This document shows positions 1-10,108 of a DNA stretch of 64,000 bases, piece after piece. The position numbers and the translations under genes are program-made. The first letter of the stretch is position 1. The number at the start of each line of letters is the position of its first letter. The DNA is taken from the NCBI GenBank assembly GCA_021463465.1, contig JAJTYH010000003.1, positions 275,549 through 339,548 of the forward strand, given 5' to 3'. The stretch is from a bacterium (lineage in GTDB: Bacteria; Patescibacteriota; Dojkabacteria; SC72). Under the pieces are notes generated by a model. The model saw only the letters and a program-made list of their open reading frames with translations. It made no database searches and was not told where the DNA came from.

Positions 1-482
1 TCTATGAGGTTTTTCATGTCTTCAAGTGCGGCACTACTACCCCAATTGGCACCATGCATATTTGATGCTGCAAAAGCAAAACCTTGGGTAGTGAAAAACT
101 CACCGTAAGCTTGCATATCCTTCATGAAAGGGTCGCTGAAATCTTTGGTCACGGTAGTGTTTGAACCGTGAGAATAAAGAATTAAGCGTGGAGGAGCATC
201 CTTATCTATTGTTATTGGAAATGCTAAGTACGCTACTTGGCTCTTGATTGTAGGTCTTTTTTCAAAATATGAGGCCTCTGGTTTTGCTGGTTCTTCATCG
301 TACGTGAACAAACTTGTCACAGGCTCGGGTTCTGGTACCACTACGGCAGGAGGTTTAATGTTTGTAGTATTGTTAACTGGTTGATTTGCTGGTGGCTGAT
401 TTCGTTTGTAAACAGTATGGCTAAAAAGTGCAATTGAGATGAGAGATATAAGTATTAAGCATGTTAACAAGATTTCCTTCAT
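1..482 (-). CDS. Partial secreted protein, possibly an alpha/beta-hydrolase-like esterase; the 3' part lies outside the window
   Basis: Minus-strand ORF whose ATG is the reverse complement of 480-482. The N-terminus MKEILLTCLILISLISIALF is signal-peptide-like, and ...LILYSHGSNTTV... GFAFAASNMHGANWG resembles a hydrolase. It is not in the supplied ORF track because it is truncated at the window edge. Confidence 0.4.
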   Translation of the reverse strand, partial: MKEILLTCLILISLISIALFSHTVYKRNQPPANQPVNNTTNIKPPAVVVPEPEPVTSLFTYDEEPAKPEASYFEKRPTIKSQVAYLAFPITIDKDAPPRLILYSHGSNTTVTKDFSDPFMKDMQAYGEFFTTQGFAFAASNMHGANWGSSAALEDMKNLI

Positions 483-563
483 GAGTTCATTATACTGTTA
501 TTGACTTATACTATTCAATAATTTAAGCTGATACCACATTTAATAATTTTACATGATTCCATA

Positions 564-1418
564 ATGAAGGATAGAAAAAGTAAGGAGATGAGAGCTCAAT
601 CCCCCGTTCAGTCAACACTCTCAGCTAATAAGAGTGATTCTTTGGTGATTGATTTTGAGACAATGCTTGTACCAGGAGCTATATTGATTGCTGGATTGAT
701 GGTCTCGTTGGCAATTGTATTCTCATTCAGAGGTACAACTCTTCCAACTAATACGGGTACTAATACAGGAACAAACACTGGAACAAATACTGGCGCGGAG
801 ACCCCAACTACTGCGGATGATAATGACGGCAAGATTACTGAAGTGGGTTTGGACGATGATCCTTTCTTAGGAAATAAGAATAAGGCAAAAGTGGCTATTG
901 TTGAGTTCACGGATTTTGAGTGTCCATTCTGCAAGCGACACTTTGAAGAGGTATATCCTCAAATTAAAAAGAATTACATAGATACAGGTAAAATTGTATA
1001 TGTAACTCGTGATCTTCCACTCCCTATGCATGACCCAGGTGCAACTTACGATGCCTTAGCTGCACAGTGTATTTTTGATCAGAAGGGTAATGAGGCTTAT
1101 TACAAGTTCCATGACATAGTCTTTACTAAAACTGACGGTAACGGATCAACAATAACCAAAGCTAAGTTGAAAGAGTTTGCTAAAGAGGTCGGAGGGATCA
1201 ATTTGAGCAAGTTCAATAAGTGCTTGGATGATGAAACATTTAAGGATGAGATTGCAAAGGATACTCAGGCTGCCGCCCAGATCAAAATCACTGGTACACC
1301 AGGATTTGTGATTGGTAAGCTTTCTGATGATGGAAAGAGCGTCAAGGATGGTACCTTTTTAGGAGGTGCTTACCCTTATGAGAACTTTGTTGCAACCCTT
1401 GATTCATACTTGAAGTAA
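564..1418 (+). CDS. DsbA-like thiol:disulfide oxidoreductase with a thioredoxin fold and an N-terminal membrane anchor
   Basis: An N-terminal TM helix is followed by a (TNTG)x4 linker and a thioredoxin-like domain with the active-site motif FECPFCKRH (CPFC). Confidence 0.8.
   Translation: MKDRKSKEMRAQSPVQSTLSANKSDSLVIDFETMLVPGAILIAGLMVSLAIVFSFRGTTLPTNTGTNTGTNTGTNTGAETPTTADDNDGKITEVGLDDDPFLGNKNKAKVAIVEFTDFECPFCKRHFEEVYPQIKKNYIDTGKIVYVTRDLPLPMHDPGATYDALAAQCIFDQKGNEAYYKFHDIVFTKTDGNGSTITKAKLKEFAKEVGGINLSKFNKCLDDETFKDEIAKDTQAAAQIKITGTPGFVIGKLSDDGKSVKDGTFLGGAYPYENFVATLDSYLK
747..794. repeat. Imperfect 12-nt tandem repeat x4 encoding the (TNTG)4 linker of the DsbA-like protein
   Basis: actaatacgggt / actaatacagga / acaaacactgga / acaaatactggc, read directly from the sequence. 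Confidence 0.6.
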
Positions 1419-1859
1419 ATGAGTAAGAATTGGATTGAAAAAAGTATGCTCCTACTAACGCTAGTAGGAGCACTTCTCTCTTTTTATCTTTTCTATACAG
1501 ATGTTTTCAATGTTCCTACAATATGTCCCAATGAAGGGTGTGCGGTAGTTGCTGCCAGCGAGTACTCTCGGTTTATTGGCGTTCATGTATCACTTTGGGG
1601 ATTGTTATACTACATGGTTTTAGCTCTTTTATTTATTTTCAAAGATAATTTTGAATTGCTTGCTCGAAACTTCAACAAAGTTGTGGGATTATTTTTGGGA
1701 GTTGGAATTCTCTTTACCCTTTATCTACGACTAGTTGAGTTTTTTATAATTAAGGCTATTTGCATTTGGTGCTGGGGATCAGTTGTAATTGTGATATCAT
1801 TGACTGTCCTATACTTCTTATATATTCGGCCAAATGAACAAGCTCCAGCAGCAAACTAA
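1419..1859 (+). CDS. VKOR-family (vitamin K epoxide reductase-like) membrane protein, the likely DsbB-type partner of the upstream DsbA
   Basis: Polytopic small membrane protein with the loop Cys pair CPNEGC and the C-terminal membrane CXXC motif CIWC. Its start is adjacent to the DsbA stop. Confidence 0.7.
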   Translation: MSKNWIEKSMLLLTLVGALLSFYLFYTDVFNVPTICPNEGCAVVAASEYSRFIGVHVSLWGLLYYMVLALLFIFKDNFELLARNFNKVVGLFLGVGILFTLYLRLVEFFIIKAICIWCWGSVVIVISLTVLYFLYIRPNEQAPAAN

Positions 1860-3864
1860 TCTTCCTCTTTTTGAATTTATTTGGGTGTATTTGGGGTTAC
1901 TTACCCTTATTAGTGTTGGCTTGCTTACTGCTAAGATTTTCACCCCTCTTTTGTCTCTTATTATTACTACTTTACTAACCGCTCTTCTTTTTTGGAAGTT
2001 CCAGATTAAGGTTGAGCTTAAAGATTTGAGGTTTGACAAGTATATCCTGCTTATTTTGCTCTTCGCTGTGGTTGTAAGGTTTGGTCCATGGATTTATTTA
2101 GAAGGAGGGCAAGATCAGGGCGTGTATGTCATGATGTCGCAACAGTTTGAACGGTCTGGTAGTTTGCGTTTTGAAGATAATTTGATTGATGATTTGAGTT
2201 CCGATTTGAAGAGCCAGTATCTTTCTGAACGTGGGTGGTTCTCATTAGGTTTTAACCTTGATAAGGTTAGTGGAGAATTGCATACCAACTTCTATCCTGC
2301 ACATCCCGCTTTGATGTCGGTAGCTGGTTTCCTTTTCGGAGATGAAAATCGCGTGGTTACACTAACTTTGTTCGGATTATTGTCGATTATCGCTGGATAT
2401 CTATTAGCTTACGAAATAACGGGTAAAAGGCTTGCTGGGTATATTACAGCTTTGTTTTTAGCTACATCTCCTTTACACATCTATTTCTCGAAGTTCCCAA
2501 CAACTGAAATAATGGCTTTGGCCATAACATTATCTACATTGTATTTCATATACAAGGCATACAAGGATAAGACATACGTCTATCTATGGATTTCCTTGCT
2601 TCTGATTAATCTCTTCCTCTACACCCGTTTAACCTGGGTAATTGCCTTGCCATTCTATCTAGTTTTGATTTTATGTGTTCTGACTTTTGAAAAAGATAAG
2701 GAAAAGTACAAACAGTGGGGTGTTTGGGGGGTAGGTATTCTTTTGTCGTTTCTAGTATCGACTCTATTCTACTACTTCAATATCAAGTTCCTCTATACAC
2801 ACTTCTATTCGGATATTTTCAAATTTATACCCGATTGGCTATTTTATTCATTACTCTTTGCTTCGCCTTTGGTTCTTTATCTACTTTCAACCCGTTATCA
2901 AGCATTAACTTCTAAAGTACTCAAATGGGTGTTTGAAAAAAGAATGGTTTGGTTAGTTACGGTATTGATTTTGATTTTAGGTTTCAGTGCTAAGCACTTC
3001 TACGACATGGTATTTACTGATCGATTTTTGGGAACTCGATTCGACTATTTCTGGGGGATGGCCAGAGGGGGTTGGGTTACTCTAAAAGATATGGCTCTAT
3101 CAAGTGTAGTGATATATCTCACACCCTTCGGGATTTTAGCTTACTTGCTTAGTCTGAAAAGCACAAATAATCCTCATAAGCTACTGCTGACTTTGTTCAT
3201 GCTGCTTTATCTGGGCTTTAACATAGTGATTGTAAGGTATATCCCGTACCACTACTATTATGCGAGATATCAGCTATCCGAAATAATTCCGCTACTTTAC
3301 GTTTTAATCTCGATGTATCTAGTTACATTACTTCCACTCAAAAAGTGGCTTTTTTACCTTTTACTAATTCCAATGTTAGCTTACAACATAATATATATTC
3401 CATTCCTTACTCAAGGTCCTGTGGGTATTACTCCCAGAATTTTCAATGAAATAGAGGAGCGAGTGGGAGAGGACTCCATACTCATATATTACAATCCTAC
3501 AGAGTGGGCTGATAATTTCTTCTTTGCACCTTTGAAGTATTACTACGATTTCAAAAGTGTAAATGTAGAGAATCTGGAAAGCGCAATAAAATATGCTCAG
3601 TATTTTGAAAATCAGGGTAGGCAGGTATTTGTACTCTCGACAGTAGTATTGAATGATTCGAGATTCCTTTCAACTGAAACCCTTAATTTCCAGAAGGGTT
3701 TTTATGCTAATTCCTTGGAGAATAATCAGCCAATGCACTACATCATAAATGATTGGCAAATTCCTTATTGCAAGTATTTTATACCTGAGAAGTTCTGTTC
3801 TGGAGCTATACCAATTAAGTACCATAAGGCGAGTTTGGATATTTACCTGTATAATTACAAATAA
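1834..3864 (+). CDS. Polytopic GT-C-type membrane glycosyltransferase (ArnT/PMT-like)
   Basis: 676 aa with at least 12 predicted TM segments. The acidic first loop GQDQGVYVMMSQQFERSG resembles the DE..Y..RE loop of ArnT/PMT_2 enzymes. It also has a long C-terminal soluble domain. Confidence 0.5.
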   Translation: MNKLQQQTNLPLFEFIWVYLGLLTLISVGLLTAKIFTPLLSLIITTLLTALLFWKFQIKVELKDLRFDKYILLILLFAVVVRFGPWIYLEGGQDQGVYVMMSQQFERSGSLRFEDNLIDDLSSDLKSQYLSERGWFSLGFNLDKVSGELHTNFYPAHPALMSVAGFLFGDENRVVTLTLFGLLSIIAGYLLAYEITGKRLAGYITALFLATSPLHIYFSKFPTTEIMALAITLSTLYFIYKAYKDKTYVYLWISLLLINLFLYTRLTWVIALPFYLVLILCVLTFEKDKEKYKQWGVWGVGILLSFLVSTLFYYFNIKFLYTHFYSDIFKFIPDWLFYSLLFASPLVLYLLSTRYQALTSKVLKWVFEKRMVWLVTVLILILGFSAKHFYDMVFTDRFLGTRFDYFWGMARGGWVTLKDMALSSVVIYLTPFGILAYLLSLKSTNNPHKLLLTLFMLLYLGFNIVIVRYIPYHYYYARYQLSEIIPLLYVLISMYLVTLLPLKKWLFYLLLIPMLAYNIIYIPFLTQGPVGITPRIFNEIEERVGEDSILIYYNPTEWADNFFFAPLKYYYDFKSVNVENLESAIKYAQYFENQGRQVFVLSTVVLNDSRFLSTETLNFQKGFYANSLENNQPMHYIINDWQIPYCKYFIPEKFCSGAIPIKYHKASLDIYLYNYK

Positions 3865-3887
3865 ACTTAGTTAAAACAGTCATAATA

Positions 3888-4865
3888 ATGAAATTAATTG
3901 TTATCTCCTCCTGCCATAACGAAGAAAAAACTATAGGCGAGGTACTTGATAGAGTACCAAAAAAGATTCCTGGGATAACTAGTATTGATAAGGTAGTTGT
4001 TGATGATGGTAGTACTGATAATACAGTTGAAGTTGCTCGGAAACATGGAGCCACTGTCATTCAAAATGGACAACGTAAAAGGGTAGCATATTGTTTTCAG
4101 GTAGCCGTCGAATATGCCTTAGAACACGGTGCCGATATTGCCGTAAATATTGATGGGGATAATCAATTTGATGCTACCGAAATTCCTTTGCTTGTAGAAC
4201 CGATTCTAAAAGGGGAAGCTGATTTTGCGGCTGCAGATAGGTTCACTGATGCAAAAACCGGAAAATTTAGACGTTTGGAGAACATGCCTGTTTCCAAATA
4301 CATTGGCAATCTCTTAGGAGCTTGGATTGTTGGCAAAATGAGTGGACAGAAATTTGCAGATGTTACGTGTGGTTTTCGTGCTTATAATCGAAAGGCACTC
4401 CTTCATATCAATATAAATAACAAATTTACTTATACTCAAGAGACTTTTCAGGTAATGGCTGCAAAGAATCTTAATATCAAGAGTATTCCAGTCACTGTTA
4501 GATATTTCCAGGGCAGAAAGTCTCGAGTCGTTGAGAATATTCCTGTTTATGTTTTCAAATCCGCACTTAATATTATGAAAGCATTCAGAGATTACTCTCC
4601 TTTTAAATTTTTCGGATGGTTAGGTGCAGTACCTTTTGTTCCCGGTTTTTTCTGTTTACTGTTTGTAGGAATTCACTACATAAATACCCAAAGCTTCAGT
4701 CCTTACAAATTTGTTGGAGGTATAGGTGTGTATTTAGTGAGTTTAGGACTACTTTCATGGTTGATTGGTGCATTCGCCGATATATTAAACCGGGTCTTAC
4801 ATAATCAAGAGAAGATAATGTACTACGCTAAGTCAATTTACTTTGATAAAAAGCGAAAGGAGTAA
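3888..4865 (+). CDS. GT2-family glycosyltransferase (polyprenyl-phosphate sugar synthase-like, GtrB/DPM1-like) with C-terminal TM helices
   Basis: VISSCHNEEKTIGEVL...VVDDGSTDNT... shows a GT-A DXD signature. Two C-terminal TM helices are typical of Dpm1/GtrB-like enzymes. Confidence 0.8.
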   Translation: MKLIVISSCHNEEKTIGEVLDRVPKKIPGITSIDKVVVDDGSTDNTVEVARKHGATVIQNGQRKRVAYCFQVAVEYALEHGADIAVNIDGDNQFDATEIPLLVEPILKGEADFAAADRFTDAKTGKFRRLENMPVSKYIGNLLGAWIVGKMSGQKFADVTCGFRAYNRKALLHININNKFTYTQETFQVMAAKNLNIKSIPVTVRYFQGRKSRVVENIPVYVFKSALNIMKAFRDYSPFKFFGWLGAVPFVPGFFCLLFVGIHYINTQSFSPYKFVGGIGVYLVSLGLLSWLIGAFADILNRVLHNQEKIMYYAKSIYFDKKRKE

Positions 4866-4867
4866 GG

Positions 4868-5941
4868 ATGAGAGTTCTCTTCTTTATTGTTCATCCTGCT
4901 AAGTTCTGGTTATTTCGTTACGTCACCTTGGGTCTTCGCAAGCTTGGACATACTGTAGATTGGGCAATTGTAGATAAAGATGTCCTAGTGGAATTATTGG
5001 AACGTGAGGGTTGGGAGTACACCAATATATTTCCTGAAGGTAGAAGGTCTAAGAAACTTCCAAAAGTGGTTTCTCTTTTTGTATACACTTGGAAGACACT
5101 TGTACGTTGTTTCAAATTACTCAAAGGAAAGAAATATGATTTAGTGATTTCGGGAGATATCATTACCTTTGTTGCTTGGCTTAAAGGGATTAAATCAGTA
5201 GTTCCAATTGATGATGGTTTTGATATTGTGCCTGAATATTCGGTGAGCTGGGCTTTTGCGAATAAATTAGTGTCACCGCAAGGTACTGATTTAGGGCCTT
5301 TCAATTATAAACGTCTTGCATATACCTCAAATCATGAATGGGCATATCTTAATCCCAAATATTTTAAACCAAATTCCAAAATCGTAAAAAAGTTTAATCC
5401 AACTCTAGAGCGGTATTTCATTATAAGACTAGTCTCTCTGACAGCATCACATGATGGAGGGAAAAGAGGACTTAGTGACGAGCAAGTAGATTCTTTAATT
5501 GAGTTATTAAGTCAACACGGCAAGGTATTTATTAATGCAGAGAAGGGGCGAGACTTGCGTGATAGCCTTAAACAGTACTTGATTAATGTGAGTCCTTACG
5601 ATATGCACCATGCAATGTATTATAGTGATTTGTTTATCGGGGATAGCCAGACAATGGCATCCGAAGGCGGGCTGATGGGAGTTCCCACTTTTAGATGTAA
5701 TGATTTTGTAGGGAAAGTCCCTTACTTGCAAGAAGAGGAAGATTACGGTCTTATTTTCAACTATAAACCCGAAGAGTTCGAATCTATGTATCAAAAAATT
5801 AAGCAAGTATTGAAGATGAAAGATGCAAAGAAAGTATGGAAAGAAAGAGTTGAAGCATTTGCTAAATACCATATCGATACTACTCAGTTTTATATTGATT
5901 TGATACAAAAGTATGACAAAAAAGGTCAGTCTAAAAAGTAA
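4868..5941 (+). CDS. Hypothetical protein, possibly a GT-B-like or capsule-synthesis-like enzyme
   Basis: 357-aa soluble protein inside the glycosylation locus with no diagnostic motif that I recognise. Confidence 0.3.
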   Translation: MRVLFFIVHPAKFWLFRYVTLGLRKLGHTVDWAIVDKDVLVELLEREGWEYTNIFPEGRRSKKLPKVVSLFVYTWKTLVRCFKLLKGKKYDLVISGDIITFVAWLKGIKSVVPIDDGFDIVPEYSVSWAFANKLVSPQGTDLGPFNYKRLAYTSNHEWAYLNPKYFKPNSKIVKKFNPTLERYFIIRLVSLTASHDGGKRGLSDEQVDSLIELLSQHGKVFINAEKGRDLRDSLKQYLINVSPYDMHHAMYYSDLFIGDSQTMASEGGLMGVPTFRCNDFVGKVPYLQEEEDYGLIFNYKPEEFESMYQKIKQVLKMKDAKKVWKERVEAFAKYHIDTTQFYIDLIQKYDKKGQSKK

Positions 5942-7100
5942 AAACATCCTTTATGTTACTCACAGCTATAATAACTTCATTAAGTTTCAGGTTGAAATTC
6001 TGGCCAAACAGTTCAAGCATGTTTACGTGCTGGTTCGACATAAACCTATCACTGCTCTGTCGAAGGTTTTTAAAATACCGGAATTGAAGTTTCACTCGAA
6101 AGAATACAAGATTGATGTAAGAGATACTCCTACAAACATTACTGTTATACCTGTACCCTTGTGGTATCTTCCCTTTGATTGGTTTTACAGAAGGTTGGGC
6201 AAATGGCATTTAAAAGGCGTTTTAAAAATCATTCGAAAGTTAAATATCGAATTTGATTTAGTGCATGCTCATATGTTGTGGAGTGCAGGTTTTGTAGGTA
6301 TGCAGTTGGCAAAGCAATATAATGTACCTTTTATTGTTACTGGACACGGCAGCGATGTATATGTGAAGCCTTTTATTGATAAGTGGTGGAGGCGGAGCAT
6401 TACGGATGTTTTGAAAAGTGCTGATGAAATCATTACTGTAAGTCAAAATAACCTGAGAGTTATTAAGGAATTAGGAATTAAACAGAAAGTTCATGTCATA
6501 CCTAACGGTTTTGATACGCATAAATACAAGAATGTTGATAAATCTAAATTGAGAAAAACCCTGGGTTTGCCTGTTAAGAAGGAAGTCTTTCTAACCGTTG
6601 CTAACCTTGAAAAGGTTAAGGGCCATGAGGTTTTACTTGATTCGATTAGATTATTGGGAAATAGGTCTAAGAAGTTATTGTTTGTTTGGGTAGGTGGTGG
6701 GACGTTGTTTACCAAACTAAAACAACAAATCAAAAACAAACAACTCGAAGATTTAGTTGTAATGACTGATTTCAAACAGCATGAGGATGTCGTGAAATAT
6801 GAGCTAGCTGCTGATTACTTTGTGTTACCAAGTTATAACGAGGGTGTGCCCACTGTTATGTTTGAGGCTTTGGCTGCCGGAACTCCTTTCATTTCAACCA
6901 AGGTTGGAGGTATTCCTGAAATTGCTCGAGATTTTACGGGAATTTTGATTGAGCCAGGAAACTCGCTTGCGCTTAAAGAGGCGATTGTTAAGGCTTTAGA
7001 AATGAAATGGAGTAGAGCTAAAATTCAGTCATATTCAAAAGAATTTACATGGGAGAATATTTGCAAGAAAATTGCCAGTATTTACAAGAAATTATGCTAA
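5913..7100 (+). CDS. GT4-family (GT-B fold) glycosyltransferase
   Basis: The C-terminal signature EGVPTVMFEALAAGTPFISTKVGGIPEI is the E-X7-E motif region of GT4. Confidence 0.8.
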   Translation: MTKKVSLKSKNILYVTHSYNNFIKFQVEILAKQFKHVYVLVRHKPITALSKVFKIPELKFHSKEYKIDVRDTPTNITVIPVPLWYLPFDWFYRRLGKWHLKGVLKIIRKLNIEFDLVHAHMLWSAGFVGMQLAKQYNVPFIVTGHGSDVYVKPFIDKWWRRSITDVLKSADEIITVSQNNLRVIKELGIKQKVHVIPNGFDTHKYKNVDKSKLRKTLGLPVKKEVFLTVANLEKVKGHEVLLDSIRLLGNRSKKLLFVWVGGGTLFTKLKQQIKNKQLEDLVVMTDFKQHEDVVKYELAADYFVLPSYNEGVPTVMFEALAAGTPFISTKVGGIPEIARDFTGILIEPGNSLALKEAIVKALEMKWSRAKIQSYSKEFTWENICKKIASIYKKLC

Positions 7101-7112
7101 AATGACCAAGAT

Positions 7113-7925
7113 ATGAAGGTAACTGTAATCAAACCAAAAAGGTCGATATTCCACATTAATTGGCAAGAACTTTGGGAATATCGCGAATTGTTTGTAGTAC
7201 TTGCGCTAAAAGAATTCCAAATTCGATATAAACAAACAGTTATAGGTGTACTTTGGGCTTTGATTAGGCCTTTGCTTACTATGGTTGTCTTTACCTTTCT
7301 TTTCGGCCAGATAGCCAAACTACCATCTCAAGGTGTACCTTACCCAGTCTTTTCTTATGCTGGTATCCTACTATGGTCGTTTTTCTCAACTGCAATTACT
7401 CAAGCTTCCAGTAGTATGACTAACAATTCGAAGTTGATTACCAAGATTTATTTCCCAAGGATTATTATTCCAGCATCTACTACAATTGTGTCGTTGATCG
7501 ATTATCTGATAGCTTTTGGTATTATTTTCGGCTTGGCTAAATACTTTGATGTCCCGATTACAAGTAGCGTGATTTATATCATCCCTGCGCTGTTTGGAAC
7601 GTGGCTGCTTAGTTTAGGAGTTAGCTTCATATTTGCCGCATCGAATGTTAAATACCGCGATATACAGTATGCCTTGCCGTTCATAATTCAGATGCTTATG
7701 TACGCGACTCCGGTTATCTATCCTGTGACTTTTGCTGGTAAGTATGACTGGATTTTGAAGCTTAATCCCATGAGTGGTCTAATTGAGATGCACCGCGCTG
7801 CTATTTTGGGGCTTCCGATTGATTGGCCACTTTATGCGCTTTCAATGGGAGTAACTTTGGTTGTATTTCTTGGTGGATATTTCTACTTTAAGAGTGTTGA
7901 ACGCTATTTTGCTGACCTTATATAG
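7113..7925 (+). CDS. ABC-2 type polysaccharide export permease (Wzm/TagG-like)
   Basis: 270 aa with 6 TM segments. REFQIRYKQTVIGVLWALIRP matches the conserved N-terminus of ABC-2 permeases. Confidence 0.8.
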   Translation: MKVTVIKPKRSIFHINWQELWEYRELFVVLALKEFQIRYKQTVIGVLWALIRPLLTMVVFTFLFGQIAKLPSQGVPYPVFSYAGILLWSFFSTAITQASSSMTNNSKLITKIYFPRIIIPASTTIVSLIDYLIAFGIIFGLAKYFDVPITSSVIYIIPALFGTWLLSLGVSFIFAASNVKYRDIQYALPFIIQMLMYATPVIYPVTFAGKYDWILKLNPMSGLIEMHRAAILGLPIDWPLYALSMGVTLVVFLGGYFYFKSVERYFADLI

Positions 7926-7927
7926 AT

Positions 7928-9184
7928 ATGGAGACAATCGTAAAGATTGAAAATTTGGGTAAGGAGTACGTAATAGCTGAGAAAAGCCGTTACTTAGCGC
8001 TACGTGATACTTTTGTGAAAGTACTCAAACTACCTGTTAATTTGCTGAAAGGTAAGAAGTTTAGGAAGAAAGAGAAGTTTTGGGCTCTAAGAGATGTGAA
8101 CTTAGAAGTTAAAAAGGGCGAAGTTATTGGTATAATCGGACGCAATGGTGCTGGTAAGAGTACATTGCTTAAAATCCTTTCTCGTATAACTGATCCTACT
8201 GAAGGCAAGATTACCTATCAAGGAAGTGTTGCCTCTTTATTGGAAGTTGGCACAGGTTTCCACCCTGAACTAACCGGGAGGGAGAATGTTTTCCTAAACG
8301 GTTCAATACTAGGCATGTCTCAGAAAGAGATCTCTAAGAAATTCAATCAGATTTTGGAATTTGCGGGAGTAGAGGATTTTATTGATATGCCAGTAAAGCG
8401 ATACTCTTCTGGTATGCAAGTACGCCTAGCATTTTCGGTGGCAGCTCATTTGGAAGCAGACATCATGATTATTGATGAAGTGCTTGCTGTCGGAGATGCT
8501 GAGTTTCAACGTAAGTGTTTGGGTAAGATGGATGAAGTGACCCGAACCAGTGGACGTACGATTTTCTTTGTGAGTCATGACATGGGAGCCATTAGACGAA
8601 TCTGCACTAGAGCTGTAGTGCTTTCAAATGGTAAGGTAGTTAAAGATGGTAATGTTGAAGAAGCAATCTCTTACTATCTAGACGATGTAAGAAGTATTTC
8701 CCAAAAGAACCTTAAGAATCGTGAAGATAGAAGAGGCAAGGGGAATGTACGCTTTACGGGGTTGCATTTGGAAAATGATGAGTGTAAATCTATGGCGAAT
8801 GCGATTTCAGGTGAACCCGTGAATATAGTATTAGAATATGAATCTCAAAAGAATTACTCCCTGAAGAACTGCAGGGTCTCGATTGTTTTTTCGGACAAAA
8901 TTGGACAAGAACTCTTCAAGTGTTGCACTAGTGTGACTCATGATGGCAATCTTGAACTTCCATCCTCAGGAAAGGTTAAATGTCGAATTGACCGATTACC
9001 ATTTGGTAGGGGAGACTATCTTATGAAAATCTTCTTTGAAGTAAATGGCGTAGTTGAGGATGAAGTTGATGGAGGTGGATTGTTAGAGGTTCTATCTGGG
9101 AAGTTTTATGAGACTGGGAAAGGTTCTCCACAAGGTTGGGATGGTAAAGGGGTATTAGTCGATCACAGTTGGAAAACAAATTAA
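7928..9184 (+). CDS. ABC transporter ATP-binding protein (Wzt/TagH-like) with a C-terminal extension of about 170 aa
   Basis: Walker A GRNGAGKST, signature YSSGMQVRLAFS and Walker B IMIIDE are present. The extra C-terminal beta-rich domain is analogous to Wzt carbohydrate-binding domains. Confidence 0.85.
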   Translation: METIVKIENLGKEYVIAEKSRYLALRDTFVKVLKLPVNLLKGKKFRKKEKFWALRDVNLEVKKGEVIGIIGRNGAGKSTLLKILSRITDPTEGKITYQGSVASLLEVGTGFHPELTGRENVFLNGSILGMSQKEISKKFNQILEFAGVEDFIDMPVKRYSSGMQVRLAFSVAAHLEADIMIIDEVLAVGDAEFQRKCLGKMDEVTRTSGRTIFFVSHDMGAIRRICTRAVVLSNGKVVKDGNVEEAISYYLDDVRSISQKNLKNREDRRGKGNVRFTGLHLENDECKSMANAISGEPVNIVLEYESQKNYSLKNCRVSIVFSDKIGQELFKCCTSVTHDGNLELPSSGKVKCRIDRLPFGRGDYLMKIFFEVNGVVEDEVDGGGLLEVLSGKFYETGKGSPQGWDGKGVLVDHSWKTN

Positions 9185-10077
9185 ATCGAATCAGTATGTC
9201 TGTTAAAACCTCAAAGCATCCAAGAGTTTATGCCTTAATGTCAGTCAAAGATGCTAAACATGTAACTTTGGAATGTATTAAGGCTTTGAAGGGCCAAACC
9301 TATCCAAATATCCAAATTGTATTGGTTGATGATGGCTTAACTGATGGATTGGAAGAGGAATTGAAGGAGAAACACTCTGAAGTACAAATTATCAAGGGTA
9401 ATGGTAATCTTTGGTTTGGTGGTGCAATGCGATTAGGACTGTCGGAAATCCTTAAGGTAGCTAAGAAACAAGAATTTGTTCTCTTTTTGAATAATGACAC
9501 ACACTTTGACTTGAATTTCGTGACGACGCTTGTGTCCGAGTCGGAGCAATACGGGAGGATAACCATAGGTTCCACAGGTCGCTCCTTTAAGACCAAACAA
9601 GTACTATACAATACGCATCAATTTAAACTTGGAATGATGGTGCCAAGAAAGGTTGAAGTGAACGAAGGGGAAGTTAACTTCAATACGCAATGTCTTCAAA
9701 CACGAGGGACGTTGGTACCTATTGAAGTAGTTTGGAAGGTTGGTAATTTCTCAAAACTCTTCCCTCATTACAGTGCTGATTACGATTATTTTTTTAGAGT
9801 TGTTAAAGCTGGTTTCAAAGTAGGGGTGAGTACCAAGGCTTCAACTTATGTGTTGGATGATGATTTCAAATTTGTAGCCAAGACTCTTGCTAAACCGGCA
9901 ATTTCTCTCCGGGAGTATTTCAAACTTTTCTTTCACCGCCGATCGTATATGAATCTATACTCAAGGCCTCTAGCAGTGATTCTACATACTGTGCCGTTCT
10001 ATATGAAAGTCTTTGCCTTGATTAGAATCTACGTCTATACCATTTACATATTTTTTAAGAAAGTCAGGAGTATTTAA
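9169..10077 (+). CDS. GT2-family glycosyltransferase
   Basis: IVLVDDGLTDG shows a GT-A DXD-type motif, consistent with the context. Confidence 0.65.
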   Translation: MENKLNRISMSVKTSKHPRVYALMSVKDAKHVTLECIKALKGQTYPNIQIVLVDDGLTDGLEEELKEKHSEVQIIKGNGNLWFGGAMRLGLSEILKVAKKQEFVLFLNNDTHFDLNFVTTLVSESEQYGRITIGSTGRSFKTKQVLYNTHQFKLGMMVPRKVEVNEGEVNFNTQCLQTRGTLVPIEVVWKVGNFSKLFPHYSADYDYFFRVVKAGFKVGVSTKASTYVLDDDFKFVAKTLAKPAISLREYFKLFFHRRSYMNLYSRPLAVILHTVPFYMKVFALIRIYVYTIYIFFKKVRSI

Positions 10078-10108
10078 CTTTGAATTTTTAGGTGCTAACA
10101 TTAAAGAT

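Noticed and set aside
608-934. 108-aa minus-strand ORF inside the DsbA-like gene containing VPVFVPVFVPVL
   Set aside because: It is the antisense reading of the (TNTG)4 tandem repeat and lies wholly within a well-supported CDS. There is no independent support.
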